Shown: positions 14,092 to 30,043, counted from the stretch's first letter. The stretch: DNA of 64,000 bases from Eledone cirrhosa (GCA_964016885.1 CAXHJY010001687.1:135281-199280), one strand, 5' to 3'. Numbers and translations are program-made. Notes: a model not told the origin generated them from the letters alone.

Positions 14092-14349
14092 TTAGAGATA
14101 CCTACTGACTGTAGTAGGTTTACTTTGTATTTAGGCAAGGCGGGTCTTCTCTGTTACTGAGTACCGCCAAAGATCTCGGTCCAGTGACATTGTCTTGGAG
14201 AGGTGTAAGTGTGTGAGGTCGGAATTTATCAGGTCGTCCCAGGTTTTTCTGGGTCTGCCTACTCCGTGGCTACCGTCTATATTTATTGCCCTGCACTTTT
14301 TTATACTGCTGTCTTTCATGCGCATCACGTGACCATACCAACGTAGCCT

Positions 14350-14352
<3 letters not shown>
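14092..14352 (-). mobile_element. RTE family-B fragment
   Basis: RRLRWYGHVMRM..GRPRKTW. Confidence 0.85.
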
Positions 14353-14420
<68 letters not shown>

Positions 14421-14422
<2 letters not shown>

Positions 14423-14763
14423 AGGCACATGGCTTAGTGGTTAGAGCATTGGCCTTGCAATCGAAAGGTTGTGAGTTCAATTCTCAGACCGGGTGATGTG
14501 TTGTTTCCTTGAGCAAGACACTTTATTTCACATTGCTCCAGTTTACTCAGCTGTAGAAATGAGATGATAGGACTGGGGTCCCTATCATTCCACTAGAAAG
14601 TGGTCGTCGAGGTGCCACGGCAAAAAATCACCCAGCACTCACTGTAAATGAGGTTGGTGTTAGGAAGGGCATCCAGCTGTAGAAATCAAGCCAGAATCAG
14701 TTCCCGTCCCACCCTTGCAAGCAGGGAAAAAGCGGATGTAAAATGAAATGATGATGATGATGA
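14421..14763 (+). mobile_element. tRNA-derived SINE (CORE/V-like body, RTE-type tail)
   Basis: A box TGGCTTAGTGG, B box GAGTTCAATT, CCTTGAGCAAGACACTT. Tail GTTGGTGTTAGGAAGGGCATCCAGCTGTAGAAA is shared with the RTE 3' UTR; ends (ATG)n. Confidence 0.85.
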
Positions 14764-14778
14764 TATATATATTTATAT

Positions 14779-16581
14779 AGGTAATACTAGAAGGGGCCAT
14801 ACCAAAAGATTGGTGCAGTAGCATCATTGTCAACTGCTACAAAGGTAAAGGCGATGCACTAGATAGAGGAAACTATAGAGGTATAAAGTTGATGGACCAG
14901 GTCATGAAAGTAACAGAAAGAGTTATAGCACAGCTGATTAGGGACCGGGTGAAAATAGACGAGATGCAATTTGGGTTTGTACCAGGAAGAGGCACCACTG
15001 ATGCCCTCTTCCTTGTGAGGCAATTACAGGAAAAGTACCTAGCTAAAAGTAAGCCACACTACTTGGCATTTGTCGACATGCTGTAATCTGGTGGGCTCTT
15101 AGAAAACTAGGAGTAGATGAATGGCTTGTGAAAGCGGTACAAGCCATGTATAGGGGAGCAGTCAGCAAAGTTAGGATTAGCAATGAGTATAGCGAGGAAT
15201 TTAGCGTACAGGTTGGGGTCCACCAGGGCTCTGTTCTTAGCCCTCTCCTGTTCATCATAGTCCTGCAGGCAATAACGGAGGAGTTTAAGACCGGATGCCC
15301 ATGGGAATTCCTGTATGCTGCTGACCTCGCACTCATAGCCGAATTTATGGTAGAACTAGAGAATAAATTCCAAACCTGGAAGCAGGGACTAGAAAGAAAG
15401 GGTCTCAAAGTCAACATGACCAAGACTAAGGTCCTTGTAAGTAGACGAGAAAACAGAAACCAGATCCCCTCAGGGAAATGGCCTTGCTCAGTATGTAGGA
15501 AAGGTGTAGGTAGGAACTCCATTCTCTGCCCCAAATGCAAACAATGGGTACACAAGAGATGTAGCGGGATCTCAGGAAGCTTAATTAAGAATGTAGGATT
15601 CACATGCAGCAGCTGTGCTGAAACAGCAAGCAGTAAACAGCCACAGGAAACAAGTACCACCAATCTCTGGGAGGGCTCTGTATAAACAGTAGACAGCTTC
15701 TGCTACCTAGGTGACCGAATTAGCAACGGAGGTGGGTGTTCAGAAAGTACAATAACTAGGGTAAGAACGGGATGGAAGAAGTTTAGGGAACTACTACCAC
15801 TGCTAGCTGCAAAAGGCTTCTCCCTCAGAATGAAAGGCAGACTGTATGATGCGTGTATCCGAACAGCGATGTTGCATGGTAGTGAGACCTGGGCGCTGAA
15901 GGTGGAAGACTTACGTAGATTAGAGAGAAACGAAGCCTGCATGCTCCGATGGATGTGTAACAGTAATATACGCGATCGGCAAAGCATAAATGAATTGAGA
16001 GAGAGACTGAGCATAAGAGGAATCAAATGCTGTGTGCAGGAGAGGCAGTTGCGCTGGTATGGACATGTGATGCGTATGAAGGATGACAGCTGCATAAAAA
16101 GGTGCAGAGCACTAGAAGTTGATGGAAACCCCGGAGTGGGGAGACCCAAGATGACCTGGGATGAGGTGATAAAAGCCGACCTTACCCAATTACACCTCTC
16201 AAAGACAATGACACACAACCGTGACTTCTGGCATCACGCAGTAATACAGAGTACCCGACCTCCCATGGGTACAAGCTGAAGCATATAGACAATATGCCCC
16301 CACACCCCCACCGCAAGGTGGTCGTGGAGGTGCCACGGCAAAAAAGCACCCAGCCCACACTGTAAAGTGGACGTGTAGGCGCCACGAAAAAGCACCCCGC
16401 ACTCACTGTAAATAAGGTTGGTGTTAGGAAGGGCATCCAGCTGTAGAAATCAAGCCAGATCAGTTCCTGTATGAGCAAGGCATGGTCAGCCGACCAGACA
16501 CTGCCCACAACAGGACAACCCGTCTAACCCATGCTAGCGTGGAAGAACGGACGTAAAACGGTGATGATGATGATGATGATG
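14779..16581 (+). pseudogene. 5'-truncated RTE family-A LINE with deletion and stop
   Basis: Collinear with 43482-45314; ~28-bp deletion near 15077, YAAD, stop at 15685. Confidence 0.92.
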
Positions 16582-16590
16582 ATATATATA

Positions 16591-16676
<86 letters not shown>

Positions 16677-16927
16677 TATATATATATATATATCAAGTAA
16701 GTATGTTTTGAAACAGTGAGCGAGTTTGAAATTAGAAAATATATAGCTTTCACCGTATTTTTAACTAAAGGAATTTTAGCTTGATAACGGGGTTTAGAAC
16801 CCTCAGATAAATGGAAAAAGATGAGTATTGACGTACATGGGAGTCGAACCCACATCTGTGGTTATCGCGACCACTGATATATATATATATATATATATAT
16901 ATTTATTTATATATATATAGAGAGAGA

Positions 16928-17119
16928 GAAATGAGATGATAGGGGTCCCTATCATTCCACTGGAAAGTGGTCGTGGAGGTGCCACGGCAAAAAAGCACCC
17001 AGCACTCACTGTAAATGAGGTTGGTGTTAGGAAGGGCATCCAGCTGTAGAAATCAAGCCAGAATCAGTTCCCGGCCCACCCTTGCAAGCAGGGAAAAGTG
17101 GACGTAAAATGAAATGATG

Positions 17120-17120
<1 letters not shown>
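16928..17120 (+). mobile_element. 3' part of the 14421 SINE family
   Basis: matches 14556-14755. Confidence 0.8.
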
Positions 17121-17178
<58 letters not shown>

Positions 17179-17205
17179 TACATATATATATATATTTATA
17201 TATAT

Positions 17206-17848
17206 ATGAAAAAATTAGAAATAAGAGGGATCAGATGTTGTTTACTCGAGAGAAGGCTACGTTGGTATGGACACGTGATGCGCATGAAAGACGATAGCTG
17301 TATAACAAAGTGCAGGGAAATAAAGATAGACGGTAGCCACGGAATAGGCAGACCCAGAAAAACCTGGAACGAGCTGATAAACTCCGACCTCACACACTTA
17401 CACCTCTCCAAGACAATGTCACAGGACTGAGACCTTTGGCGGTACTCAGTAATAGAGAAGACCCGCCTTACCTAAATACATAGTAAAACCTACTACAGTC
17501 AGTAGGCATCTCTAACAAAATACACCCCCGTCCCACCACCCCCACCCCCTTCTATGTAAAGTTATGTTGGTGCCACACCATCCAGGCCGAAACAAATGAG
17601 ATCGTGTAGGTGTTACGACAAAAAAACACACAGTCCACGCTGTAATGTGGACGTGTAGGCAACACGGTAAAAACCTCCCAGACCCACACTGTAAATGTGG
17701 TTGGTGTTAGGAAGGGCATCCAACTGTAGAAAACCTGCCAGACAGTCCTATGCGAGCAAGAAAATCACTCTTGCCTCAAGTGGGAAACCCCCCGTCCAAA
17801 CCCATGCAAGCGTGGAACACGGACGTTAAACGTTGATGATGATGATGA
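17206..17848 (+). mobile_element. RTE family-B 3' end (ORF end, UTR, (ATG)n)
   Basis: ERRLRWYGHVMRM..GRPRKTW; conserved tail. Confidence 0.88.
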
Positions 17849-17870
17849 TATATATTTATATATATTTATT

Positions 17871-18023
<153 letters not shown>

Positions 18024-18024
18024 T

Positions 18025-18100
<76 letters not shown>

Positions 18101-18169
18101 TATATATATATTTTCCGGTCAGCATGGCTTCATTAGAGATTTAAAGACGCTGGTCTGAGACCTTTACTT

Positions 18170-18206
18170 CCCTCCGAAGAAGAGATATTATCTCGAAAAT
18201 TAAGGA
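18170..18206 (+). ncRNA. hammerhead-like motif (U4C core) within a short segment 18111-18368
   Basis: CCT-CCGAAGA-A-GAGAT..ATCTC-GAAA-AT-TA-AGG. Confidence 0.45.
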
Positions 18207-18366
18207 CATTTAAATAAATTCAAGGTGAAAGACGAATTCACATCAATATCTTTCACTATTGCATTCTTTTTTCTATGTCCATATCTGCATTGTCTTGGCC
18301 TTATTACACATATTCTAACGTTTATACCTCATTACACAATGCTTCAAGTGAACTATAACCTCCTCC

Positions 18367-18423
<57 letters not shown>

Positions 18424-18445
18424 TATATACATATATATACATATA

Positions 18446-18519
<74 letters not shown>

Positions 18520-18545
18520 TATTTATATATATATACATATATATT

Positions 18546-18578
<33 letters not shown>

Positions 18579-18587
18579 TTATATAAA

Positions 18588-18636
<49 letters not shown>

Positions 18637-18649
18637 TTATATATATATA

Positions 18650-18698
<49 letters not shown>

Positions 18699-18702
<4 letters not shown>

Positions 18703-19330
18703 TGTTATATTTGGGGAGGGTCATATTTGCGTAATATTGCCAGAATTAATAACAGAACACACTCACTGTTTGGTTGGTTTTCGCTTCTCGCTGTCTTTTA
18801 TATATATATATCTGCGATCTAACTTACTCGGTCTTCAATGTTGCCATTGACTGACCGGCGGTCAAAAATAATACAGATACAATATAGACACGAACACATA
18901 TATATAGTTTACATAATTTACATAAATCTTTCGTTGCACATCTGCAACATCGTCAGTGGTGTTATATTCATTGTTCCTCCTGTTGTGTTGTATGTCTACG
19001 CCATTTTTTTTTTTTTTTTTTTTTTTTTTGTATATATTGTATCTGTATTGTATCTGTATTATATCTGTATTGTATCTGTATTATATCTATATTGTATCTG
19101 TATTATTTTTGACCGCCGGTCAGTCAATGGCAACATTGAGGACCGAGTAAGTTAGATCGCAGATATATATATATAAAAGACAGCGAGAAGCGAAAACCAA
19201 CCAAACAGTGAGTGTGTTCTGTTATTAATTCTGGCAATATTACGCAAATATGACCCTCCCCAAATATAACAATATCTGTTTCGACACACGATTTCATATA
19301 AAAAACCTCGCAAAACTAATTCATCGCCGC
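18699..19330. mobile_element. ORF-less fold-back of the 23003-25775 PLE pLTR
   Basis: arms ~18699-18888 / 19086-19275 plus ~55-nt tail. Confidence 0.85.
18921..18958 (-). ncRNA. hammerhead ribozyme (extra nt after A9)
   Basis: CA-CTGACGA-T-GTTGCA..TGCAAC-GAAA-GATT-TA-TG; the copy at 25539-25576 has C3A. Confidence 0.65.
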
Positions 19331-19352
19331 TATTTATATATATATTTATATA

Positions 19353-19394
<42 letters not shown>

Positions 19395-19410
19395 TATTTA
19401 TATATATAAA

Positions 19411-19456
<46 letters not shown>

Positions 19457-19496
19457 TATTTATATATATATATATATACATATATATTTATATATT

Positions 19497-19527
<31 letters not shown>

Positions 19528-19620
19528 ATATATTTATATATATATATACATATATATTTATATATATATATATATATATATACATATATATTTATATATA
19601 TATATATATACATATATATT

Positions 19621-19653
<33 letters not shown>

Positions 19654-19654
19654 T

Positions 19655-19832
<178 letters not shown>

Positions 19833-19849
19833 ATATATATTTATATATT

Positions 19850-19880
<31 letters not shown>

Positions 19881-19881
<1 letters not shown>

Positions 19882-21266
19882 TCGTTTCTGAATTTGTTTA
19901 GCAAGAATCTTTATCTGAAATCGTGTGTTGAAACCGATATTGTTATACTTTGGGAGGGTCATGTTGCCAATAAGAAACACACGCACCAGTTGCTTTCACT
20001 TCAATTTAATTTAATATATATTTATAAATTTACAAAGTTATAAATTTCTGGTTGGTTGGTTGGTTCCACAACCAGATAGTTGTTTATATATATATAGTCA
20101 TAGTTCTTTCGTCACACACTCTGTGACCTCTTCAGTGACTGGGGATTTCTTTCTTCGTTTCTGTGCCTTTCCTTTCTTCTATCCTACGTCATTTTGTTTG
20201 TGTGTGGGTTGCGTGCTCAGTTTGCGCATGCGCCCCATCCGGGTGTCTGTGTGTGTGTTTGTGTTCATTTTTCTATTTTTCTATTTATATTTGTTTGTTT
20301 ATTTATTTATTTATTGTTAGACCTGGTACCTCCGTAAAAACACTTATTAGCAAGACATACCCGTTCCAAAGACCCTCATGTATAGATAAGAAATGTATAA
20401 CCTGTAAAATAAGCCCCCATATTAACTGTAAAACTAGAAATGTAGTATATAGCATAAGATGTACTGAAGGACAATGTAGAAACAAAAATATAGTGTACAT
20501 AGGTGAGACAGCTCGTAGTATAGGGGAACGAATAAATGAACACTGGCGAGACCTCCAAGATAGTAAAGAATCATCTGTGCTCTACCAACATGCTAAGATA
20601 GAACACAGGGGTAAATTAGAGAGCATAGAAATAAAAATAGAATCCACACACAAGAAAGACGCAATGTTTAGGCAAATTACAGAGGCAGTAAGCATAAAAG
20701 AATTAAAACCAAAATTAAATAGAAAATATGAGTGGAACAGCAACATCACAACTTACAATTAAGGACAAAATGAAAACACACACACACATAGAACAAACAA
20801 CTTACAATTGAAAACACACACAAAATGAAAACACACACAAGACAAAATGAAAACACACACACACATAGAACAAACAACCAACCAACAATAAATAAATAAA
20901 TAAACAAACAAATATAAATAGAAAAATAGAAAAATGAACACAAACACACACAGACACCCGGATGTGGCGCATGCGCAAACTGAGCACGCAACCCACACAC
21001 AAACAAAATGGCGTAGGATAGAAGAAAGGAAAGGCACAGAAACGAAGAAAGAAATCCCCAGTCACTGAAGAGGTCACAGAGTGTGTGACGAAAGAACTAT
21101 GACTATATATATATATATAAACAACTATCTGGTTGTGGAACCAACCAACCAACCAGAAATTTATAAATTTGTAAATTTATAAATATATATTAAATTAAAT
21201 TGAAGTGAAAGCAACTGGTGCGTGTGTTTCTTATTGGCAACATGACCCTCCCAAAGTATAACAATA
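19881..21266 (+). mobile_element. PLE GIY-YIG fragment flanked by inverted pLTRs
   Basis: NVVYSIRC..VYIGETARSIGERINEH..RQITEA at ~20320-20762; arms ~19936-20317 / 20884-21266. Confidence 0.88.
21060..21104 (+). ncRNA. hammerhead ribozyme (mirror copy 20096-20140 on minus)
   Basis: AGTCA-CTGAAGA-G-GTCACA..TGTGAC-GAAA-GAAC-TA-TGACT. Confidence 0.85.
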
Positions 21267-21300
21267 TATATATATATTTATATATATATATATACATATA

Positions 21301-21793
<493 letters not shown>

Positions 21794-21880
21794 TATACAT
21801 ATATATTTATATATATATATATATACATATATATTTATATATATTTATTTATATTATATATATATATATATTTATATATT

Positions 21881-21939
<59 letters not shown>

Positions 21940-21952
21940 ATACATATATATT

Positions 21953-22697
<745 letters not shown>

Positions 22698-22748
22698 ATA
22701 CCTATATATACATATATATTTATATATATTTATATATACATATATATT

Positions 22749-22892
<144 letters not shown>

Positions 22893-22914
22893 TTTATATA
22901 TATATATTTATATT

Positions 22915-22945
<31 letters not shown>

Positions 22946-23002
22946 ATGTAACATATATATTTATATATATATATATTTATATATATATACATATATATAT
23001 AT

Positions 23003-25775
23003 ATAGTTTTGCGAGGTTTTTTATATGAAATCGTGTGTCGAAACAAATATTGTTATACTTGGGGAGGGTCATATTTGTGTAATATTGCCAGAATTAATAA
23101 CAGAACACACTCACTGTTTTGTTGGTTTTCGCTTCTCGCTTCTGTGTCTTTTATATCGGTAATTTAACTTACTCGGTCCTCAATGTTGCCATTGACTGTC
23201 CAATGGTCAAAAATAATACAGATACAATATAGACACAAACACATATATATAGTTTATCATAAATCTTTCGTTGCACACGAGCGAAATTGCACAACAAACA
23301 CACGATGGGAGAGAGAAAATCCTCAACGTTCACATGATGATGTGGACTGACATCCTAAAGCCAAGCAGACGCACTGCCAACAACTTCCAGGCGTCTAACA
23401 ATGGCATACCACCCTTGTATGGGCTCCGCAAAGACCACAAGACAGTCGACGACCCGACAACAGGACCACCAACAAGACCCGTATGCGGAGCTAATATAGC
23501 TAGCAACTACAGGATCTCCTACTTCCTCTCAATGGTTATACGCCCCATAATCAAGATGTCCCCAGATGTATGTGACAGTACAGAGGACCTCCTCAGCAGA
23601 ATCAGTGAGTGCAACAAAAACAGGAGCCTATCCAACTGCATAATAGGCAGCATGGATGTGGTGTCACTGTACCCATCCATTAACATTGATTTTGCTGTGA
23701 AAAGATGTGTGGAGATGATCGTTGAGAGTGAGGTGGAGTTCTGCGACGTCGACACAGACGAACTGGGCCTCCTACTTAGACTTACCTATGACACTGACTA
23801 CCTAGACAGCCATGACCTTAGATGTTTCTGCCCTAGTAGACCTATTAGAGGTAGACCCCCCCACCATAACCTCAATGGCAAAAAGGACTCCCATGGGAAG
23901 GTGGATTGGGTGGACCAAAGCTATACGGACCCCCCAAAACAATGATCAGGTAAGAAAAATGGTCGCACATGCAATAGGGGCTAGTATCAAAACTACCCTA
24001 AAGGGCCACATATTTAAGTTCAATGAGAAAATCTACACCCAAAATGAGGGAGCAGCCATCGGCGTCAGCATAGCTGGTGATGTTGCCAACCTTTTCATGG
24101 TATGGTGGGAAAGGAGACTTAAAGATCTCCTTAATGAAAGCTCCATAGACCTCATCATGTAATCTCGTTATGTAGACGATATCAATATAGTTATAAGAAC
24201 ACCCCCACTAGAGAGCACTAACAAGTTTAATTTAGATCGTAGCACGATGGAAAGCATCCAGCAGATAGCTAATTCCATACACCAGAGTATAACTGTAACT
24301 ATCGACTTCCCTTCCAACCACCCTAACAATAGACTACCTGTATTAGACACAGAACTCTGGATTAACACTATAGACGAGAGAGCCCAAATTCTCCACTCAC
24401 ACTATGCTAAACCCATGGCCTCCAAATACCTGATACTCAAAAACTCAGCAATGTCCAATAGTGCTAAGTTTAATATTCTGATCGCAGATTTGGTACGAGT
24501 GATGAAGAATGTGTCCCGCATGTGCGACCCAACAGAAATGGAAAGACACATCCAACACTTCATCAACCGCATGCAGTTCTCTGGCTACAACCAAAGAGAC
24601 AGAGTCAGAGTATACGAAAGAGCCATGGAAAAGTATAAGACCCTCATAGAACTGGACATGAAAGGAATTTGCCCATTATACAGGAGCAAATCATGGAATA
24701 GCTTAGATAGGGCTAGACATAAGATAGGGAAAGCCACCTCATGGTACGACAACCAGAGATACCAGAGTGTCATGTTTGTGGACGCCACCCCTGATGGGAA
24801 ATTAGCTAACCAGTGTAGAAAGGCCCTGAGAAAGACCCACTTAAAAATAAAGGTGGTAGAAAAGCCATGAACCACCATAAAATCCCTGATCAGCAAAACC
24901 TACCCTTTTAAGAAAACCCACTGTACCAATAGGAAATGTATTATATGTAAGGTGAACCCCCGGATAAACTGTAAAACTAGAAACGTAGTCTATAGCATAA
25001 GATGTACAGAGGGTACTTGCAGAAACATGACAACAACATACATAGGTGAGACAGCTCGTAGCATAGGTGAAAGGATAGATCAACACTGGGGGAACTACTA
25101 TACGAACATGCTAGGCAACAACATGACGGTAACATAGACAACATAGAAATTAGAATAATATCGAAACATAGAAATGACCCAACAGATAGGCAAATCAGAG
25201 AGGCCAGTGAAATAGAAATTAGAAGACCAAGGTTAAACAGAAAGAATGAATGGAATAACAACAACACCCAAACAAACAACACTGACCTAAGAGAAGTATA
25301 AATAAGTAAATAAAATAAAATAAATAAATAAATACATACACAAGCACAATAACAACAAGCACATAAACACACACTAGTCACCCATCACACAGCAAACAAA
25401 ACACTATACACACACGCAAACGCATGCGCAAAGAAGACAAAATAAAATAAACAAACAAGCAAATAAATAAATAAATATATAGACAGACTGAATAAAAATG
25501 GCGTAGACATACAATACAACAGGAGGAAAATATAACACCAATGACGATGTTGCAGATGTGCAACGAAAGATTTATGATAAACTATATATATGTGTTTGTA
25601 TCTGTATTATTTTTGACCGTCGGTCAGTCAATGGCAACATTGAGGACCGAGTAAGTTAGATTACCGATATAAAAGACACAGAAGCGAGAAGCGAAAACCA
25701 ACCAAACAGTGAGTGTGTTCTGTTATTAATTCTGGCAATATTACACAAATATGACCCTCCCCAAGTATAACAATA
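23003..25775 (+). mobile_element. Penelope-like element (disrupted RT + GIY-YIG) with inverted pLTRs
   Basis: LYGLRKDHK, SMDVVSLYPSI, QNEGAAIG, YVDD, VLD, YIGETAR; inverted arm 23003-23277 versus ~25556-25775. Confidence 0.92.
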
Positions 25776-25808
25776 TATATATTTATATATACATATATAT
25801 TTATATAT

Positions 25809-26820
25809 ACAAATAAAATTATCGAGAATCGAAACTTCGGCCCACGAAATAACGAAAAACAATCTCCGAAATGTGCGGCAAAGTGCTCAATGGTTCGGAT
25901 GAACCAGAGCTATAACTAACGTTTAATACCAAACACACTGAGACGATGTTTAAACAATCATTCGCACAGCCAAAAAATACGATGAAGTAATTCGAGTCAA
26001 ACATAAAAATATACATGATTGAAAAATTTACCCGGACCCCCTGGAAAGGTGGTAAAATCCAGCATTTCTGTTTCTGCGACTCCGAAATCAGGTACCGTCC
26101 GCCTACATAAAAAATGTCCTGCTTCTGGTAAGATGATGAACAAGGATTTGCTTTTTCAACAGGCTTTTAGTTCAATAATACAGGGGAAGACTTTTACTGA
26201 ATCCACGTGGGGATCAGCAAGGGAGGCAACCCTTATATTAGGCGAATGAATTCAGTGTGTATATTATTGTAAGAATACAAAATATCACAAATCGAATTAG
26301 AGTTCTCAACATACGGGTTAAAGTTTACATAAGCTATTCATCAGTCAATAGAATCAACTAAAAAATCAATAAAATTAACTGATCAATAGTTAGAGTCTGG
26401 AGATAAATATAAATAAAATTATCGAGAATCGAAACTTCGGCCCACGAAATAACGAAAATCAATCTCCGAAATGTGCGGCAAAGTGCTCAATGGTTCGGAT
26501 GAACAAGAGCTATAACTATCGTTTAATACCAAACACACTGAGACGATGTTTAAACAATCATTCGCACAGCCAAAAAATACGATCAAGTAATTCGGGTCAA
26601 ACAAATAAAAATATACATGATTGAAAAATTTACCCGGACCCCCTCGATAGGTGGTAAAATCCAGCATTTGGGTTTCTGCGACTCCGAAATCAGGTACCGT
26701 CCGCCTACATAAAAAATGTCCGGCTTCTGGTAAAGTGATGAACAAGGAATTCGCTTTTTCAATAATACAGGGGACTTTTACTGAATCCACGTGGGGATCA
26801 GCAAGGGAAGCAACCCCTAT
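25809..26820. repeat. ~1.7 tandem copies of a ~600-nt unit; inverted diverged copy at 30226-30742
   Basis: AAATAAAATTATCGAGAATCGAAACTTCGG at 25811 and 26411. Confidence 0.85.
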
Positions 26821-26918
26821 ATATAATTATATATATATATATTTATATATATACACGTATATATATATATATTTATATATATATTTATATATATATTTAT
26901 ATATATATATATTTATAT

Positions 26919-29900
26919 AGTACAATTTAAAAAAATATGATCAACACTAATGTGTTTTTTTTGCAAAATGACAATAATTTTTTAGCCAGATAGAAATACC
27001 TTAATTCAAGTACATATAGTCCGCCTGTATCGATCTAGAAAATATTAAATATTAAATCTATACTTACAGACGTAAAATGGCAACTGCCTGGTGCCTAGAC
27101 AAGTTTAAATTTCAAAATTCAAACCTTTTCAGCAAATCGGTCGGAACTTCAAAACATAAACCTGTTTCACAAGGGATGGTATACTAATGAAATAATTAAT
27201 TAATTACGGAACAACTATTTATAAAATAATTATTAGTGAAGTAATCAATTTTCTGTGATTTTCAATAGGCACCCAGATAAATTATAGTTACTTCTCCTAA
27301 GATAAGAATCTTAAGACTGATCTGTTGCAAGCTTAATACATGTGCTTTTGCACACGACCTTCTCAGCATTCTGGCTCATATCAATGGCGCTAGAAATAAC
27401 AGCCGTAAATATGGGATTATGAATTCAGCTCTACCGAAGGAGCAGATTTATTTCAATTGAGTAGTCAAATACAATTATTAAGCTCTAAGAAAATACTTCT
27501 GAGCATTACAGTACAATTTAAAAAAATATGATCAACACTAATGTGTTTTTTTTGCAAAATAACAATATTTTTTAGCCAGATAGAAATACTTTAATTCAAG
27601 TACATATAGTCCGCCTGTATCGATCTAGAAAATATTAAATATTAAATCTATACTTACAGACGTAAAATGGAAACTGCCTGGTGCCTAGACAAGTTTGAAT
27701 TTCAAAATTCAAACCTTTTCAGCAGATCAGTCGGAACTTCAAAACATAAACCTGTTTTACAAGGGATGGTATACTAATGAAATAATTAATTAATTACGGA
27801 ACAACTATTTGTAAAATAATTATTAGTGAAGTAATCAATTTTCTGTGATTTTCAATAGGCACCCAGATAAATTATAGTTACTTCTCCTAAGATAAGAATC
27901 TTAAGACTGATATGTTGCAAGCCTAATACATGTGCTTTTGCACACGACCTTCTCAGCATTCTGGCTCATATCCATAGCGCTAGAAATAACAGCCGTAAAT
28001 ATGGGATTATGAATTCAGCTCTACCGAAGGAGCAGATTTATTTCAATTTAGTTGTCAAATACAATTATTAAGCTCTAAGAAAATACTTCTGAGCATTACA
28101 GTACAATTTAAAAAAATATGATCAACACTAATGTGTTTTTTTTGCAAAATGACAATAATTTTTTAGCCAGATAGAAATACCTTAATTCAAGTACATATAG
28201 TCCGCCTGTATCGTTCTAGAAAATATTAAATATTAAATCTATACTTACAGACGTAAAATGGCCAGTGCCTGGTGCCTAGACAAGTTTAAATTTCAAAATT
28301 CAAACCTTTTCAGCAGATCGGTCGGAACTTCAAAACATAAACCTGTTTCACAAGGGATGGTATACTAATGAAATAATTAATTAATTACGGAACAACTATT
28401 TGTAAAATAATTATTAGTGAAGTAATCAATTTTCTGTGATTTTCAATAGGCACCCAGATAAATTATAGTTACTTCTCCTAAGATAAGAATCTTAAGACTG
28501 ATCTGTCGCAAGCTTAATACATGTGCTTTTGCACACGACCTTCTCAGCATTCTGGCTCATATCAATGGCGCTAGAAATAACAGCCGTAAATATGGGATTA
28601 TGAATTCAGCTCTACCGAAGGAGCAGATTTATTTCAATTGAGTAGTCAAATACAATTATTAAGCTCTAAGAAAATACTTCTGAGCATTACAGTACAATTT
28701 AAAAAAATATGATCAACACTAATGTGTTTCTTTTGCAAAATAACAATATTTTTTTAGCCAGATAGAAATACCTTAATTCAAGTACATATAGTCCGCCTGT
28801 ATCGATCTAGAAAATATTAAATATTAAATCTATACTTACAGACGTAAAATGGCCAGTGCCTGGTGCCTAGACAAGTTTAAATTTCAAAATTCAAACCTTT
28901 TCAGCAGATCGGTCGGAACTTCAAAACATAAACCTGTTTCACAAGGGATGGTATACTAATGAAATAATTAATTAATTACGGAACAACTATTTGTAAAATA
29001 ATTATTAGTGAAGTAATCAATTTTCTGTGATTTTCAATAGGCACCCAGATAAATTATAGTTACTTCTCCTAAGATAAGAATCTTAAGACTGATCTGTTGC
29101 AAGCCTAATACATGTGCTTTTGCACAAGACCTTCTCAGCATTCTGGCTCATATCCATAGCGCTAGAAATAACAGCCGTAAATATGGGATTATGAATTCAG
29201 CTCTACCGAAGGAGCAGATTTATTTCAATTTAGTTGTCAAATACAATTATTAAGCTCTAAGAAAATACTTCTGAGCATTACAGTACGATTTAAAAAAATA
29301 TGATCAACACTAATGTGTTTTTTTTTGCAAAATGACAATAATATTTTAGCCAGATAGAAATACCTTAATTCAAGTACATATAGTCCGCCTATATCGATCT
29401 TGAAAATATTAAATATTAAATCTATACTTACAGACGTAAAATGGCAACTGCCTGGTGCCTAGACAAGTTTAAATTTCAAAATTCAAACCTTTTCAGCAGA
29501 TCGGTCGAAACTTCAAAACATAAACCTGTTTCACAAGGGATGGTATACTAATGAAATAATTAATTAATTACGGAACAACTATTTATAAAATAATTATTAG
29601 TGAAGTAATCAATTTTCTGTGATTTTCAATAGGCACCCAGATAAATTATAGTTACTTCTCCTAAGATAAGAATCTTAAGACTGATCTGTTGCAAGCTTTT
29701 GCACACGACCTTCTCAGCATTCTGGCTCATATCCATGGCGCTAGAAATAACAGCCGTAAATATGGGATTGGGAATTCAGCTCTACCGAAGGAGCATATTT
29801 ATTTCAATTTAGTTGTCAAATACAATTATTAAACTCTAAGAAAATACTTCTGAGCATTACAGTACAATTTAAAAAATATGATCAACACTAATGTGTTTTT

Positions 29901-29986
29901 TTTTGCAAAATGACAATAATTTTTTAGCCAGATAGAAATACCTTAATTCAAGTACATATAATTGTATTTGACTACTAAATTGAAAT
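26919..29986. repeat. tandem array, ~5.2 copies of a ~591-bp unit
   Basis: Unit starts AGTACAATTT at 26919, 27510, 28100, 28691, 29282, 29861; ends with a ~27-nt inverted snippet. Confidence 0.95.
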
Positions 29987-30043
29987 ATATTTATATATAT
30001 ATTTATATATATATATATTTATATATATATTTATATATATATT

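Noticed and set aside
14421-14495. tRNA gene (also 31120-31192, 40255, 41790)
   Set aside because: SINE heads without a full cloverleaf, followed by SINE bodies
26150-26350. Hammerhead in the 600-nt unit
   Set aside because: CTGATGA present but no matching stem I, stem III or NUH site found
26919-29986. CRISPR-like array
   Set aside because: Whole 591-bp units repeat; no unique spacers or cas genes; eukaryotic context
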